From an uncultured Actinomycetes bacterium (GTDB taxonomy: Bacteria; Actinomycetota; Thermoleophilia; RBG-16-64-13): DNA of 64,000 bases. How positions within the stretch are numbered: the first letter of the stretch is position 1; the number at the start of each line of letters is the position of its first letter. The position numbers and the translations under genes are program-made. Shown here one piece after another: positions 18,167 through 28,675 of this stretch. Under the pieces are notes generated by a model. It worked only from the letters and a program-made list of their open reading frames with translations. It was not told the origin of the DNA and searched no databases. Location of the stretch: assembly GCA_963841735.1 (NCBI GenBank), contig CAWJDT010000001.1, forward strand, positions 64,001 to 128,000, read 5' to 3'.

Positions 18167-19247
18167 TCAGAACGTGGCGGCAGCCAGTTGCTCCGCCCGC
18201 TGATGCGCCTGCAGGGCCTCGGTGAACTCCTCGAGTTCGCCCTGCAGGATCGCCTCCATGCGATGAGAGGTCAGCCCGACTCGATGGTCGGTGACCCGTC
18301 CCTGGGGGAAGTTGTAGGTGCGGATCTTCTGCGACCGGTCGCCGGTGCCCACCTGGCTGCGCCGCTCGGCCGCCAGTTCGGCGTTCTGCTCGGCTTGGGC
18401 CATGTCGTACAGGCGGGCCCGCAGGATGCGGAAGGCCCGTTCTTTGTTCTGCAACTGCGACTTCTCGTCCTGGCACGAGACCACCATGCCGCTGGGGACG
18501 TGGGTGAGCCGCACAGCCGAATCGGTGGTGTTGACCGACTGACCGCCCGGACCGGTGGAGCGGTATACGTCCACCCGCACGTCGTTGGGGTCGATGTGGA
18601 TCTCGACGTCCTCCACCTCGGGCAGCACCGCGACCGTGACGGTGGAGGTATGAATGCGGCCGGTGGACTCCGTCACCGGGACCCGCTGCACCCTGTGCAC
18701 GCCCGACTCGTACTTCAGCGCCCCGTATGCGCCCCGCCGGCCTTTGACCTCGAAGATGACCTCCTTGATGCCGCCGAGAGTCGCCTCAGTGGTCGACAGG
18801 ATCTCGGTCTTGAAGCGCATCCGCTCGGCGTAGCGCATTATCATCCGCTGGATCTCGGCCCCGAAGAGCGCAGCTTCGTCGCCCCCGGCTCCCGCCCGGA
18901 TCTCCACGATGGCGTTCTTTTCGTCGCGAGGGTCCTTCTCGAGCACCGCCAACCGGATCTCCTGCTCCAGCTCGTCCAGCCGGGCCCGAGCGCCGGCCTT
19001 CTCCTCCGCGAGGAACTCCTTCATCTCCGGATCGAGTCCGCCCTCTTCGAGCATGGATTCAGCTTCCTCGAGTGACTGGCGCGCTTCTCGGTAGGCGACC
19101 GCAAGCCGGTAGGACTCCTGCCAGATCGGAGTGAGCCTTGGAGAGTTCTGTGTAGCGGGATTGATCTTTGAGAACGTCCGGGTCGGACAGTTCCTGCGTG
19201 AGAGAGTGGTACCTCTCCTCGATCTCCGCTGCCAGTCGCTCGATCAC
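18167..19247 (-). CDS. prfA: Peptide chain release factor 1 (frameshift ~19120)
   Basis: PVT specificity motif (QRVPVTES), [22 protein letters not shown]; GTG at 19247 overlaps the upstream stop. Confidence 0.97.
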
Positions 19248-20266
19248 GACTGCGCTGTGGCCGCTTCGAGCCTCGAGCGAGCCGCCTCGTCCATGCGGAT
19301 GACCTCTTCCAATGCGGCCGCCGCCACCTCGAGCTGATCGGGAGTGGGCTCGCGGGTGGTCAGCCGCTGCAGTTGCAGACCTGGCCAGAGAAGGATGCGG
19401 GCGAACCACCCATCGGGGTGCCTACCCAACCACTTGATGCCTATCTCGTAGGAGATTCCCACGATGAACACGATGCCTACCACTCGCGACAACACCAGCC
19501 AGGGCAACGCGGGCTTGCCCACGATGGCGAACACGAACACCGCGATGACCATCACCAAGAGAAGAAAGCCGGTGCCGCAGCGCGGGTGCAGGGTAGAGAA
19601 GGGGGTAGCCCGCTCGGCGTCGGGCTCACCGTACGCTTCGTAGGCGTGGATGACCTTGTGCTCGGCCCCGTGATATTGAAAGACCTTGCGCAGATCCGGA
19701 ATGAAGGATATCGCGACGATGTAGAGCAGGAAGAGCGCGATGCGGATGAGCCCTTCCACCAGATTGAAGACGAAAGCGTTGGCGAACGTTTCTTCGAACT
19801 GCTTGACCACCACGAGCGGGATCACGATGAAGAGACCCACAGCGAAGGCCACGGCCACGATCACCGTACCGGCCATTTGTTTCCAGCCGAACGGCTTCTC
19901 CTCGACCGCCGCCGTCTCGCTGGTCGCACCGGACTCGTCTCCAGTCGCAGCCGTCTCGCCGACCTTGACGCTCTCGTCGCCTATCTCCACAGGCTCCAGA
20001 CCGATGTTGGCAGCGATCCCGAGGGCTCTGATGCCCAAGCTCAGCGACTCGCCGAGGGCCACCACCCCGCGCACAACCGGAAGCTTGAGCCACCGGTGGC
20101 GGGAGCCCGCGGACTCCAGAGCATGCGACACCAGGGCGATGCCGCCGGAAGGCCTGCGCACAGCTACTCCCCAGGAGTGCTTGCCGCGCATCATCACGCC
20201 TTCGATGACGGCCTGCCCGCCAAAAACGTGCTCCTGACCGCCCGACTCTGTCTTCTTGTTGGCCAT
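19244..20266 (-). CDS. DUF1385 (YqhQ-like) membrane protein
   Basis: GGQAVIEGVMMR, FQYHGAEHK, HPRCGT, LQRLTTREP; conserved rpmE-prfA context. Confidence 0.92.
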   Translation of the reverse strand: MANKKTESGGQEHVFGGQAVIEGVMMRGKHSWGVAVRRPSGGIALVSHALESAGSRHRWLKLPVVRGVVALGESLSLGIRALGIAANIGLEPVEIGDESVKVGETAATGDESGATSETAAVEEKPFGWKQMAGTVIVAVAFAVGLFIVIPLVVVKQFEETFANAFVFNLVEGLIRIALFLLYIVAISFIPDLRKVFQYHGAEHKVIHAYEAYGEPDAERATPFSTLHPRCGTGFLLLVMVIAVFVFAIVGKPALPWLVLSRVVGIVFIVGISYEIGIKWLGRHPDGWFARILLWPGLQLQRLTTREPTPDQLEVAAAALEEVIRMDEAARSRLEAATAQS

Positions 20267-20271
20267 CACAG

Positions 20272-21026
20272 TCAATTGAGTTCGGACACCGACCGAATTA
20301 GGTCCATGGCCAGGATCTCCTCACTGGTGTAGGGCTCGCCGCACGTCATCTTGCCTTCAGGACAGCCTCCGGTCGAGACACCCCGGCCCCGCGCTTTCGA
20401 AAAGCAGGGGCGCGACCGACATCGCCAGATAGCGCATGGTCCAAGCCAGACGGTTGATCTCCCACTGTGCCCGGCGACAGCAGCGCAGCGCGAAGAAAGT
20501 GCCTCAGCTCGCGCGCGTTCATGGTAACTACGATCTTGGTCTCGGCGGCGTTGGGCAAGACGAACCGGGCATCCTCGTACACCGACTCGCTCGTGCGCCC
20601 CTCAGCAAGACCAAGTTCCACCAGCCGCTCGTAGGAGCGGCGCGCGTTCTCCATTGCCTCCAGAAATACCGCCTGTGCCTCTACCGAACCCGCGATGCTG
20701 GGAGGCATGACAAAACCACCTTCAGAGTCGAAGCGCACGTAGCGCTGGGACTGCTGGCTGTAGGAGGCCACCCGGTGCCGCACCAGTTGGTGCGAACACG
20801 CCCGGGAGATGCCGTCGACGGCGAAGGTGAAGCTGGCGTGCTCCAGAGCGCTCATGTGACCCGACCTGACCAAGCCCCGCACCAGGCGCGTCACATCGTC
20901 GTCGCTCATAGCCGTCTTGAGTTCGGCGGCACTGATGGGCGCGTAACAAAGCCGCCCGGCAGAGGCCACCGCCCTCTCAGGCGAGGGTGTGAATTGTAAA
21001 AGCGTTACCTTGAGATCTGCAGGCAC
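20272..21026 (-). CDS. thyX: FAD-dependent thymidylate synthase (3' frameshifts)
   Basis: GHMSALEH, SHQLVRHRVASYSQQSQRY, EDARFVLPNA, TMNAREL. Confidence 0.95.
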
Positions 21027-21049
21027 GGCCGAGACTAGGCTCGCCTCGG

Positions 21050-21262
21050 CTACTTGCTCGGCTCGGCGCGGCGGTACTTCTTGTTGAACCTCTCCACCCT
21101 ACCGGCGGTGTCGACCAGTTTCTGCTTGCCCGTGTAGAACGGGTGACACGCAGAACAGACCTCGACCTTGATCTCAGGCACTGTCGAGTGCGTCACAAAA
21201 GTCTCGCCGCATGAGCACAGGACTTTGCTCTCAACGTATTTCGGATGTATGTCGTCCTTCAA
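21050..21262 (-). CDS. rpmE: 50S ribosomal protein L31 (zinc type)
   Basis: [25 protein letters not shown]; TTG start with GGAGG. Confidence 0.97.
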   Translation of the reverse strand: MKDDIHPKYVESKVLCSCGETFVTHSTVPEIKVEVCSACHPFYTGKQKLVDTAGRVERFNKKYRRAEPSK

Positions 21263-21373
21263 GGTGCCTCCAATGACACTTCCCACGAATACCAGGCTTA
21301 AGAGTGCAAAATAATACCACGGTCAGTCCGGAACGGCCGCCGGGCGCGATGGCCGCTCTGGTACGGACCGGTA

Positions 21374-22750
21374 TCAGCCTGCCGCCAGACCCCGGCGAGC
21401 CGCTGCCAGAAACTCAGCCGAGTTGGTCGCCTCTCCAGCCTCCCAGGCCAACCGAGCCTCGCGTAGGGCCTTGCCCAGCAGAGGACCGCTCGGCAACCCC
21501 AGTTCGCGCATGAGGTCTTCGCCGTCCAGCGGAGGCCGGGGCGCTCCGTCCCTGATCCGGCCGGCCCAAAGATTCATCAACCGCCTGGTAGCTGCGAGCT
21601 TGGCCGGGTCCGAGAGCGAATCCCCGTTGCCGGGATCGTACCCGCTTCCCGCGGTCACGGACGAGGCGAGAAGGGCGGTGACCTCCGGCTCCCACGGCGC
21701 CGTATCCCATAGAAACAGCACGTCCGCCCTCTTCGAGCCGGGTGGCACCGTCCCGCCGAGCGCCGGCTGCGACGCCGCCGGCCGCCCTGAGTCTTGCGCG
21801 CGCGCGCCGGATTCCCCGACAAGCAGATGCCGGGAGGCGGTCAGCAGCAGAGAAAGCATGGCCCCAGACAGCCTCAGACGCCGCGCAGCCATCTCGACGT
21901 CCGCGGCCGGAAGCGCGTGCATCAACCCTGCCCACCGCAAAGCAACCGGCCGGCTCGTGGCGCCGTCGACGGTGATCGCCAGCCGTTCGTCCAGTACACC
22001 GGCCGCCCCGGGAAACCAGACCGCCGGACGTTCCAGAAAGTCATCAAGCCGCTCCAACAGGGCCAGCGTCGGCTCCAACTGTTCTTCGGCAGCGAGTTCC
22101 GGCAGCACCTCCATGAGCAACCCCAGATCGTGCCACCGCCGCACTGCCTCGGCAGCCCGGCCCGAGGCCAGCGTGAGAGCCATCTCAGTCGCCACGCGTT
22201 CGGCCGCCGCGTCGGACAGAACACCGGCCTGCGCCCTGATGGACCCGGCCAAGGTCTCGTCCAACCGGAGGCCCAACACGTGGCAGAAGCGGGGCGCCCG
22301 CATCAGACGCAGGGCATCATCCGCGAACACCGTGGCGGAGACCGCCACCAGACGCCTTTCTCGAAGATGGGCCAGGCCTTCAAAGGGATCGAGAACGGCG
22401 GTGCCGTCCAAGGGCACGGCCATCGCGTTGACCGTGAAATCCCGCAGGGCCAAGTCGGCCAGGATGCCACCTCCCCTCACGGCAGCAACATCCAAGTAGC
22501 CCCCCGGACCCAACACTCGGTAGGCGGGGTGGCGCTCGGATAGGGCGAACCAGGGGGATCCAACAGCGGCCGCAACTTCTTTGGCAACCGCCGCCGCGTC
22601 ATCCATGACGGCCACGTCCACGTCGGGAGAGAAGCGGCCCAGTTCCCGGTCGCGCACGCTGCCGCCCACCAGCCAACCCGCGGCACCGCGCCGCCTAAGG
22701 ACCTCGGTCACGACCAGTATCATGGTCAAGCTACCTTCGCCGGCGGGCAT
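21374..22750 (-). CDS. Class II tRNA nucleotidyltransferase family protein (likely CC-adding)
   Basis: LVGGSVRD..DVDV, DLALRDFTVNAMA, DDALRLMRAPRF, LGLPSGPLLG; ATG at 22750 with AGGAG. Confidence 0.85.
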   Translation of the reverse strand: MPAGEGSLTMILVVTEVLRRRGAAGWLVGGSVRDRELGRFSPDVDVAVMDDAAAVAKEVAAAVGSPWFALSERHPAYRVLGPGGYLDVAAVRGGGILADLALRDFTVNAMAVPLDGTAVLDPFEGLAHLRERRLVAVSATVFADDALRLMRAPRFCHVLGLRLDETLAGSIRAQAGVLSDAAAERVATEMALTLASGRAAEAVRRWHDLGLLMEVLPELAAEEQLEPTLALLERLDDFLERPAVWFPGAAGVLDERLAITVDGATSRPVALRWAGLMHALPAADVEMAARRLRLSGAMLSLLLTASRHLLVGESGARAQDSGRPAASQPALGGTVPPGSKRADVLFLWDTAPWEPEVTALLASSVTAGSGYDPGNGDSLSDPAKLAATRRLMNLWAGRIRDGAPRPPLDGEDLMRELGLPSGPLLGKALREARLAWEAGEATNSAEFLAAARRGLAAG

Positions 22751-22758
22751 CGCGGCTC

Positions 22759-23157
22759 CTACTTGGACGGGCCTTTCATGCTGCCCAGCTTCCGCTTGTA
22801 CTTCCACCACTCCACCGCATAGACAACACCCGCGTAGAGGAAGAAGACAAGGAACGAGAACATGGCGTTAGACTGCGTGTTACCTCCGCTCTTCCAAAGC
22901 CACTGGATCACTGCGAAATAGGCGAAGGCCAGCAGAGCCCCAGTGATAACCGCTCTCCGGATCGACGGAGGCCGGAGAGCCTGGCCGCCGCCCCGCCCGC
23001 GGCCTTGGCCGCTCTGCACGCGACCGCGGCCGGCCACCGGGGCCCGCCCTCGGCCCCGCGCACCGCCCGCGCGGCTGCCTCGCGACGCCGAGGCCGGCGC
23101 CGATTTGGCCTTGGGGAACGCCTGCCGAACGGCTCTGCGTTTTGCCTTCTTGGACAT
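22759..23157 (-). CDS. Hypothetical basic membrane protein (two TM helices)
   Basis: Fills the gap between nnr and the nucleotidyltransferase; Lys/Arg/Gly-rich N-terminus and two hydrophobic helices. Confidence 0.65.
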   Translation of the reverse strand: MSKKAKRRAVRQAFPKAKSAPASASRGSRAGGARGRGRAPVAGRGRVQSGQGRGRGGGQALRPPSIRRAVITGALLAFAYFAVIQWLWKSGGNTQSNAMFSFLVFFLYAGVVYAVEWWKYKRKLGSMKGPSK

Positions 23158-23220
23158 GATCCTCCGTAGCGCCTCAGCGGCTTTGCTGTTCAGCAACGCA
23201 CTGCATGATAACCCGAATGC

Positions 23221-25332
23221 TCACTCTCTCCACGAAGGACCTCGGTCGTATAGTCGTCCGGCCACCACATCAGGGACAAGCTCTACCAAGTCGCCGGCCA
23301 AAACACCCTGCGGGTCTGTGAAGGCGCCCAGACTTCCAGCCTCAGCATGAATCCAGGCGCCGGCGTAGGCCGCCTCAAAAGGCTCAAGACCTTTGGCAAG
23401 CAAAGTCCCGATGATGCCCGACAGCACGTCTCCCGTGCCGGCTGAGGCCAGTTGCGACGGACCCTGTACCACTGCCCGGGTCTCGCCCGAGGGAGCCACG
23501 ATCACCGTGGACGACCCCTTCAGCAGGACCACTTGACCCGTGGCGGCCGCGGCGCGGCGCGCGGCCACCAGAGCCGACGCCGCCAGCTCAGCCACCGGCG
23601 CGCCCAGAAGGGCCGCCAGTTCACCCACGTGCGGCGTCAGCACCATACCGGGGCGTGCCTGCAATGCCTCAGCCATGCCGGCGAAGGCAAACAGACCGTC
23701 GGCGTCGAGCACCATGGGGACCCTGCTCTCGAGTACCACGCGCCTGACTGCTTCCACCGTATCCAGCTCACGGCCAAGTCCCGGTCCGGCCACCAAGGCG
23801 CCCAGACGCTCATCTGCAAGCGCCTCCAACACGGCAGCCGCATCGGCCAAGTGGTCACCCGGACCGATCTCCTGAAGCACCGCCTCCACCAGCCGGCCCC
23901 GCACCCCGGCGGCCGCACCCGCGGTCATCAGTAACCGTACATACCCCGCGCCCGTCCGGTAGGCGGCGTGTGCTGCCAGCCAGGCGGCCCCGGGATATGC
24001 GGTCGAACCGGCCAGCACAGCGACGTATCCCGCCCGGTACTTGTGGTCGTCCACTCGGCGCCCGGGCAGGTTCACGTCGCCGGCAGTCACCACCCACAGA
24101 TCGGGGTCAGGCTCGAGCGACTCGGGGATGCCTATGTCCCACACAAGCACCTCCCCGGCGGCCTCAGAGCCTGGAGGGCAGACGAGTCCGCTCTTGGAAG
24201 CGTGAAAAGTCACCGTGACGTCGGCCGCCACCGTGCCTCGGGCGATGCTGCCCGTGGCGGCGTCCACGCCCGAAGGCACGTCCACAGCCAGCACAGGGAT
24301 ACCCCTGGCTCCGGCCGCGTTGATCAGCCGCGCCCACTCGGCCACCTTGCCCCGCAACTCCCCGGTCGCGCCGGTCCCCAGCAGACAGTCCACCACCAGC
24401 TCTGTCTCGTCCCACAGATAGTCCGGCACCTGGCCGATCCGCAGGTTGACGCCCGCCTTCTCTGCCGCCCGGCAGTTGAGAGCCGCATCGGGACTGAGTT
24501 CCACGGTGGAGGCCACGGCCACCACACAGGCCACCGAATGACCGGCCAGGTGCAGCTGCCTGGCCACGGCCAAGCCGTCTCCCCCGTTGTTGCCTCGACC
24601 ACAGACGATCAGGGTGTGCCGCCCCGGATACCGCGCCAAGACCAAGGCACTGACCCCCAACGCCGCCCGTTCCATGAGCACCGCCCCCGGCACTCCCACG
24701 TCCTCCGTAGTAGCCCTGTCCAACTCGCGCATCTGCTCGGGAGTGAAGACCGCGGGCCGGTCGGCCAGGGGGCGGGGCAGACCTGAAGCGCGGCCGCATT
24801 CCAAGTCACCGGCTATCTCACCCGGACTGTTGTCCCCGCACCGGCAGTCGTCCATCTCGGCACCTCCCAAAGGACATGCTATGGCCATTGCACAAGCTCC
24901 CGCGAGCGAGTCGACGTGAGACAGCGAGAGCGCGACTGCGGCTATCCCCAGCCGCTCGGCCACCCGGGCCGTCCGGCCGCTCAAGACTACGCGCGGAGCA
25001 CCCCCGGTACCAGAGGACAGACCCTGTAGGCCGCCGAGGACACGCTCCGCCGGCTGAGCCGGATCCGGCCGCTCAGTCGCCACCACCTCGATCTCCCGCC
25101 AAGACAGCACTCCGGTGCCCAGGAGCTTCCCCACCGCCTCTTTGGCGGCAAAGCGGGCGGCCAAATGCAGGGGCGCATCGACCCGCGCCCGACAGTAGGC
25201 CGACTCACCGGGCGTGAACACCCTCAGCTCCAACCCGGGATGCCGGCCGAGTGCCTGTCGAAATCGCTCGACTTCCACCAGGTCGAGACCAAGCAAAGCG
25301 GTACCTCGCGCCTCGCCGGTCACTACGATCAC
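23221..25332 (-). CDS. AcpS-NnrE-NnrD fusion: holo-ACP synthase plus NAD(P)HX epimerase/dehydratase
   Basis: GLDLVEVERF and ARFAAKEAV..SLSH (AcpS); GRGNNGGDG and DVPSG (NnrE); GPGLG, LDADGL, LTPHVGE, AGTGDVLSG (NnrD); one 703-aa frame. Confidence 0.88.
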   Translation of the reverse strand: MIVVTGEARGTALLGLDLVEVERFRQALGRHPGLELRVFTPGESAYCRARVDAPLHLAARFAAKEAVGKLLGTGVLSWREIEVVATERPDPAQPAERVLGGLQGLSSGTGGAPRVVLSGRTARVAERLGIAAVALSLSHVDSLAGACAMAIACPLGGAEMDDCRCGDNSPGEIAGDLECGRASGLPRPLADRPAVFTPEQMRELDRATTEDVGVPGAVLMERAALGVSALVLARYPGRHTLIVCGRGNNGGDGLAVARQLHLAGHSVACVVAVASTVELSPDAALNCRAAEKAGVNLRIGQVPDYLWDETELVVDCLLGTGATGELRGKVAEWARLINAAGARGIPVLAVDVPSGVDAATGSIARGTVAADVTVTFHASKSGLVCPPGSEAAGEVLVWDIGIPESLEPDPDLWVVTAGDVNLPGRRVDDHKYRAGYVAVLAGSTAYPGAAWLAAHAAYRTGAGYVRLLMTAGAAAGVRGRLVEAVLQEIGPGDHLADAAAVLEALADERLGALVAGPGLGRELDTVEAVRRVVLESRVPMVLDADGLFAFAGMAEALQARPGMVLTPHVGELAALLGAPVAELAASALVAARRAAAATGQVVLLKGSSTVIVAPSGETRAVVQGPSQLASAGTGDVLSGIIGTLLAKGLEPFEAAYAGAWIHAEAGSLGAFTDPQGVLAGDLVELVPDVVAGRLYDRGPSWRE

Positions 25333-27162
25333 TCCACCGTGACAGTCTTGGCCAGGTTGCGCGGTTGGTCGACCTTCTCGCCACGAGCCTTCGCGACGTA
25401 GTAGGCGAACAACTGGAGCGGCACAGTGGCGAGGAGAGGAGTGAACATCTCGTCGGTGCGGGGCACGTACAGGACGTCCTCCGCCATGCCGGCCAGGCTC
25501 TGGTTGCCCTCGGAGGCCACCGCGATGACCTTAGCGCCGCGGGCGATCACCTCCTGCACGTTGGAGATGAGCTTGTCGTACACGGTGCTGTCCGTCGCGA
25601 CCACCAACACCGGGGAACCCTCTTCAAGCAGGGCGATGGGCCCGTGCTTCATCTCCCCGGCCGCATAGGCCTCGGTGGGCACGTAGGAGATCTCCTTGAG
25701 CTTGAGAGCTCCCTCGAGGGCGACCGGCAAGCCGGTCCTCCGGCCCAAACACATGAAGAAATTCTTGGACGAGTAGCGACGAGCGACCTCTTCCACCTCG
25801 GCGGCTGCGCCATCTTCAAGGTAGTCGCTCAGCAGAGCCGGGATGCGCCGCAGTTCCTCCGTATGTACCCGCACCTCCTCCACGCTCAGGCGACCGCGCA
25901 GACTGCTCACGTGCAAGGCCAGAAGCAGCATGGCCAGCACCTGGGTGAGGAAGGTCTTGGTAGCCGCCACCCCGATCTCCAGACCGGCGCGGGTGAAGAG
26001 CACACCGTCAGCCTCCCTGGTGACCTGAGACCCCACGATATTGGTCACCGCCAGGACTCGAGCGCCCATGTGGCGGGCAAGCCGCATGGCCGCGAGTGTA
26101 TCCGCCGTCTCGCCCGACTGGCTGATGGCGATGCAGAGACAGTCGGAGTCGATCACCGGGTCTCGGTAGCGGAATTCCGAGGCCACCTCCACCTCCACCG
26201 GCAGGCGAGCCCACCGCTCCAAGGCGTACCTGCCCACCAGCCCGGCGTAGTACGAGGTGCCGCAGGCCACGATGACCACCCGGCGCAGTCCCTGGACGGT
26301 CTCAGCAGTCAGACCCAAGCCGTCGAGGATAACACCGCCGTCGGCCCCGACCCGCTCCGCGAGCGTATCGGCCAGGGCGCCGGGCTGCTCGTGGATCTCC
26401 TTGAGCATGAAGGTCTCGTATCCGGCCTTCTCCGCGGCTTCGTCGTCCCAGTCGACCGTCTGTATCGGTCGCTCCACGGGCGCGCCGTCGAGGGTAGTGA
26501 TCTCCACCCCGCCGCGCGTGACCACGACCACGTCACCGTCCTCAGGGAAGATCACCGTGCGGGTCTCGGATAGAAAGGCCGAAACGGCCGAGGCCAGGAA
26601 GTTCTCCCCCTGGCTCAGAGCCCACCACCAGCGGAGTCTCCTTGCGAATGCCCACGATCACGTCCGGCTCGTCCGCCGCGAGGGCACAGAAGGTGAAGTG
26701 CCCCTCCATCTGCCGGTAGGCGTCGACCGCGGCCTGACGCAGCGAGCCCTGATAGGCGCGCTCGATCAGATGAGCCACCACCTCGGCGTCGGTCTCGGAG
26801 GTGAACACGTGGCCCTCGTCCTGGAGCAGGGCCCGAAGGCTCAGGTAGTTCTCGACGATGCCGTTGAGCACTATGGCGAAACGGCCCGAGCAGTCGGTGT
26901 GCGGATGAGCGTTCTCGATGGAGGGACGGCCGTGAGTGGCCCAACGCGTGTGGGCGAGACCAAGCGTGCCGACCTCGTCCAGCCGGTCGAGGACCGCCTC
27001 CAAGTTGTCCAGGTTGCCTACGGAGTGCAGCAGTTCAAGGCGATCGTCGGTGACGATGGACAGCCCCGCTGAGTCGTATCCGCGATACTCGAGCTTTCGC
27101 AGGCCCTGGAAGAGGATGTCCCGGCAGGGACGTTCGCCCACATAGCCGATGATGCCGCACAT
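25329..27162 (-). CDS. glmS: Glutamine--fructose-6-phosphate aminotransferase (frameshift ~26615)
   Basis: MCGIIGY, LEYRGYDSAG, HTRWATHG, SQSGETADT, PRNLAKTVTVE. Confidence 0.97.
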
Positions 27163-27181
27163 TCTCTCTAGACCTCCATAG

Positions 27182-28209
27182 TCACGACTCTTGAAGTCTC
27201 AGATCCACGTAGGGAGACATCCAGGCGGCCACGAGAGCCTCGTAGCCGGGGATCATTTCGACCACAGTCCCCACCCGCGGGTGGAGAGACCCTGCATCTG
27301 CTTCGACCACCAGGTAATCGGACGAACGCCCGATCTCCCGCAGACCCGGCTCGCACGAACTCGACCGCGCCCCGACCAAGGTCCTGTCTGCCTAGCCCCA
27401 GAAGCAGGCGCCGTGAAGGTCCCTCCGGGGAACGGCCTAGTATACTCCTCGACCACTTCGGCCCGCAGCACGCAGGCCCCTCTGCCGGCAGCCGGGCAGA
27501 GGCTCGTAGAACAGCGCGTCCTGGCCCAGCAACAGCGCCTCGCCGCACCGCAGCTCGGTCACCGGCCCGGGCAAATCCTCCCCACGAGCTAGCAGCCACA
27601 GCAGGCTGGAGTTGCCCCCCGACACCCGCCCGACCGGCAGTCCCGCGTCGCGCAGAGCCAGGGCCCCCCGGGCGACCCTCTCCACCGAGGCTCTCAGACC
27701 CTCGGGCTGACCTCGGAAGCAGGCGTAGTTGGTGGCCACCCCCTCCAAGGCCAGACGCCGGTCGCCGCCGATGGCAGCCACCAGTTCCAGCATCCGCTCT
27801 TCAGGGACACCCTCTCGCTCGTCGCCGGTCTCCACCAGCATCATCACCCTACGAGCGGCGGCCGGCGGCCCGCTCCGCGCCGTGACCACCAAGCGCGGCC
27901 ACCGCCTCGCGCCCCTGCCCACGAGGACACGTAGGTCACGTCGCCCGGCTCGAAACGTCCCGCCGGCGACGGCAGATCGATGCGGTGCAGTTCCGCGCCC
28001 GGCAGCGCCGCCCGTAGTCTGCGCATATTGAGGTCACGCGTGTCGGCCAGCGCCACCGCGCCACCGGCCAGCATGGCCGCAGCCACCCGGGGCTCGCCCA
28101 GGCAACCCTTGGTGACCGCGACCAGATCAAGACCGCGACGTCTGAGCAAGCCCGCCACTGCCTCGGTGTTCCTGCCGATCGCGTCGATGTCTACACGCAG
28201 TTCGGGCAT
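27182..28209 (-). CDS. Alanine/ornithine racemase family PLP enzyme (Orr-like; several frameshifts)
   Basis: VAVTKG (PLP Lys), ETGDEREG, TNYAC, SGGNSS, ELRCGEALLLG, GRQD, SSDYLVV, pieced together from five ORF fragments. Confidence 0.8.
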
Positions 28210-28218
28210 CGGCCCTCC

Positions 28219-28257
28219 GAAAAAGAAAGAGGCGAGGGAGATTTCTCCCTCGCCTCT
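28219..28257 (-). terminator. Intrinsic terminator after rpsI
   Basis: 13-bp perfect stem AGAGGCGAGGGAG/CTCCCTCGCCTCT, 4-nt loop, then TTCTTTTT on the minus strand. Confidence 0.85.
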
Positions 28258-28280
28258 CGATTCCCTGGAAGTAGAAGCGA

Positions 28281-28675
28281 CTAGCGCTTCGAGAACTGCG
28301 GGCGCTTGCGGGCCTTTCTCAGTCCGGCCTTCTTGCGCTCCACCATACGGGCGTCGCGGGAAAGATGCCCGGCCCGCTTGACGTCGGTCCTGAGAGAGGG
28401 GTCGGCCTCTACCAGAGCGCGGGCCAACCCGTGCTTCGAGAGCGCCGGCCTGACCCGATTTGCCGCCCGCCGTGGATCTGGGCGATCACGTCGTAGCGAG
28501 CATCGGTGCCCGTCTCGACCAACGGTGAACGCACGGTAAGCATCAGGGTCTGCCGGTTGAAGTACTCGCGTACGTCTTGACCGTTGACCGTGATGATCCC
28601 GGTGCCCGGCATGAGACGGACCCTGGCGACCGAGGTCTTCCGCTTACCCGTCGCCGAGTAGACTACTGCTGCCAT
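28281..28675 (-). CDS. rpsI: 30S ribosomal protein S9 (frameshifted)
   Basis: [12 protein letters not shown]; C-terminus [25 protein letters not shown]. Confidence 0.97.

Noticed and set aside
19100-19140. Programmed frameshift in the release factor gene (prfB-like)
   Set aside because: The gene is RF1 (PVT motif). The junction has no CTT-TGA site; removing one extra G (CTG-G-CAG) restores the frame.
27163-27181. glmS ribozyme
   Set aside because: Only ~19 nt separate the racemase stop from the glmS start, so there is no room and no core motif.
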